A stretch of 64,000 bases of DNA from Bugula neritina. Its lineage: Eukaryota > Animalia > Bryozoa. Shown here in pieces: positions 62,425 through 64,000 of this stretch. Below the pieces are notes generated by a model. The model worked only from the letters and a program-made list of their open reading frames with translations, ran no database searches and was not told the DNA's origin. The number at the start of each line of letters is the position of its first letter. The stretch's first letter is position 1. Made by a program: the position numbers and the translations under genes. Where the stretch lies: the NCBI GenBank assembly GCA_964035545.1, contig OZ037772.1:4059538-4123537 (forward strand). The letters run 5' to 3'.

Positions 62425-63700
62425 AGGAGACAACCAACTACTAACCAAAAAAATACTTAAACGGACACTTCATCTAAATTTGTCAAGATAAAAAATAGTT
62501 GTTGTAAACATGCGGCAACTGCACAAGATGGTGCAGAGTTGTCCACCCAATGGTCCTGCTTCAAGGAAGAGTTCAACTGTTATCTAATAGCCTCAGAAAA
62601 ATCTGATAAAGAGGATAAAATAAAAATGGCCATTCTAATGCGGACCATTAGACCGAGAGGTGTAGACATAGTTCAACTATTATCAACAAATATCTCTTTA
62701 AACAACAAGAAGTATAATACGTGCAAAATTTTTAAGTTGATGCAGATTAAAAGAATTTATTTATGGGTTAAATAACAAGCAATTGATTTAAGCTTTTTCA
62801 AATATAAGTATATTTCAATGATAGTAAAATGAATTTTACGTAAAATATATATTGTACGAAAATAAACAAATAGCATCTAACTGGGAAGGAAGCATCTAAC
62901 TGAGATGATAACATGTTATGTTACATCACCTTATTGTGTATGATTTTAGTATCAAGAACTTTTCCTGGACCACCTATACTAACCAACTAACCAACTAACC
63001 ACCACAACCAGTTTACCAACTAGTCAAGAAGCAAATTATGGAGATAATCCAGAAGGTGCCTAATAAAAAAATTGTATATTTGGCGATAACCTCTAAATTT
63101 GTGATAGCTGTCATTATATTATCATACTTGCAAAAACATAATATTCAATTTTATCTATAAATAATAGTACAATAAAGTATGCTGCACTATAGTATCATGA
63201 TTATATTAGCTAAGAATGTACCTGATGTGGTATTGCTTAGAGTTTACAGCTTTGACATCAAAGGGGCTTTACTAATTTACATTTGTTTGATCAATGAATC
63301 GTAGCACTTACTATCATGCAGTTCAAATTTCTGTTCTGCATGCATCTTCAAATGAGATTTAAATGTTCAATTAGAATTACTGATAAGGAGGATAAAATAA
63401 AAATGGCCATTCTAATGTGGACCATTAGACCCAGAGGTGTAGACATATTCAAAAGTTTCAAGTTTGGGGAAGGAGAATATAAAGATGTTTACAAGGATAT
63501 CCTATATAGGAAAATTTGACAACTTTTGTAAAATGACCTCTAACAAAATAATCAAAAGACATCAACTGCTATCGACAAAATAGGAATGCTTATCAATAGA
63601 TGAGTATATGTCACCAACTTACATAGGATCGCCAGAAAATGTGACCTTGGTGACATGTATATGATGATTTTTTTATGCAGGCCTTTCTTCTTGGCATCAA
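62425..63700 (+). repeat. Shuffled duplication of 59533-60680
   Basis: 62425-62670 matches 59533-59775; 62702-63381 matches 60020-60680; 63381-63697 matches 59709-60020. Confidence 0.9.
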
Positions 63701-64000
63701 CGACACGAACAACTTTGGAGAAAATTGTTCGAGGAGTCAGAAAGCATAGACCTCAAAAAAGCTATTAAAAGTGCAAAGTGGCTGAGAGCTCTCAGAGTAA
63801 TATGAAGACTATCAAAGTGGAAGGAGAATCAATTCATACACTTGGTCTCAAGGCCACTAAAGCAAACAAAAGTGTCAAACTGTACTTACGCACAACTGAC
63901 AAGGAAGCGAATAATCCTGCCAAGTCTAACTGTGGAAACTGTGGCAACTCTCATCCTCCCGAAAATGCTTACGGTAAACAGTGTAGAAACTGCAAGAAAT
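63381..64000 (+). mobile_element. Mag-type Gypsy gag, degenerate, running off the window end
   Basis: The same gag sequence continues to a double zinc-knuckle remnant CGNCGNSHPP...GKQCRNCKK. Confidence 0.75.

Overview
AT-rich, intron-containing invertebrate (metazoan) genomic DNA; no prokaryotic features. 0-3.3 kb: fragments of several Penelope-like elements (GIY-YIG, YRDD RT) packed around (TA)n tracts, with up to five minimal hammerhead ribozyme motifs. Two young full-length Gypsy LTR retrotransposons (5016-12566, 21058-28504) share a tRNA-Leu PBS, 4-bp TSDs and a GUUAAAC plus hairpin -1 frameshift signal. The second carries an intact extra ORF3 after pol, encoding an acidic/zinc-finger/PxVxL/coiled-coil protein rather than an envelope; this is the best candidate for an undescribed system. 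Two solo LTRs are also present. Every host gene I could recognise keeps its exon-intron structure but is broken by stops or frameshifts: an Inscuteable-like gene, a short fibrillar-type collagen, a PACT-domain gene, a CLASP 3' fragment and a ZEB-like exon. Introns hold minisatellites that often start exactly at splice sites, and two are arrays of RFX X-box-like palindromes. The right end is a rearranged mosaic of Mag-type gag and DUF4806-like fragments. Family assignments come from manual translation and recalled motifs, not database searches.
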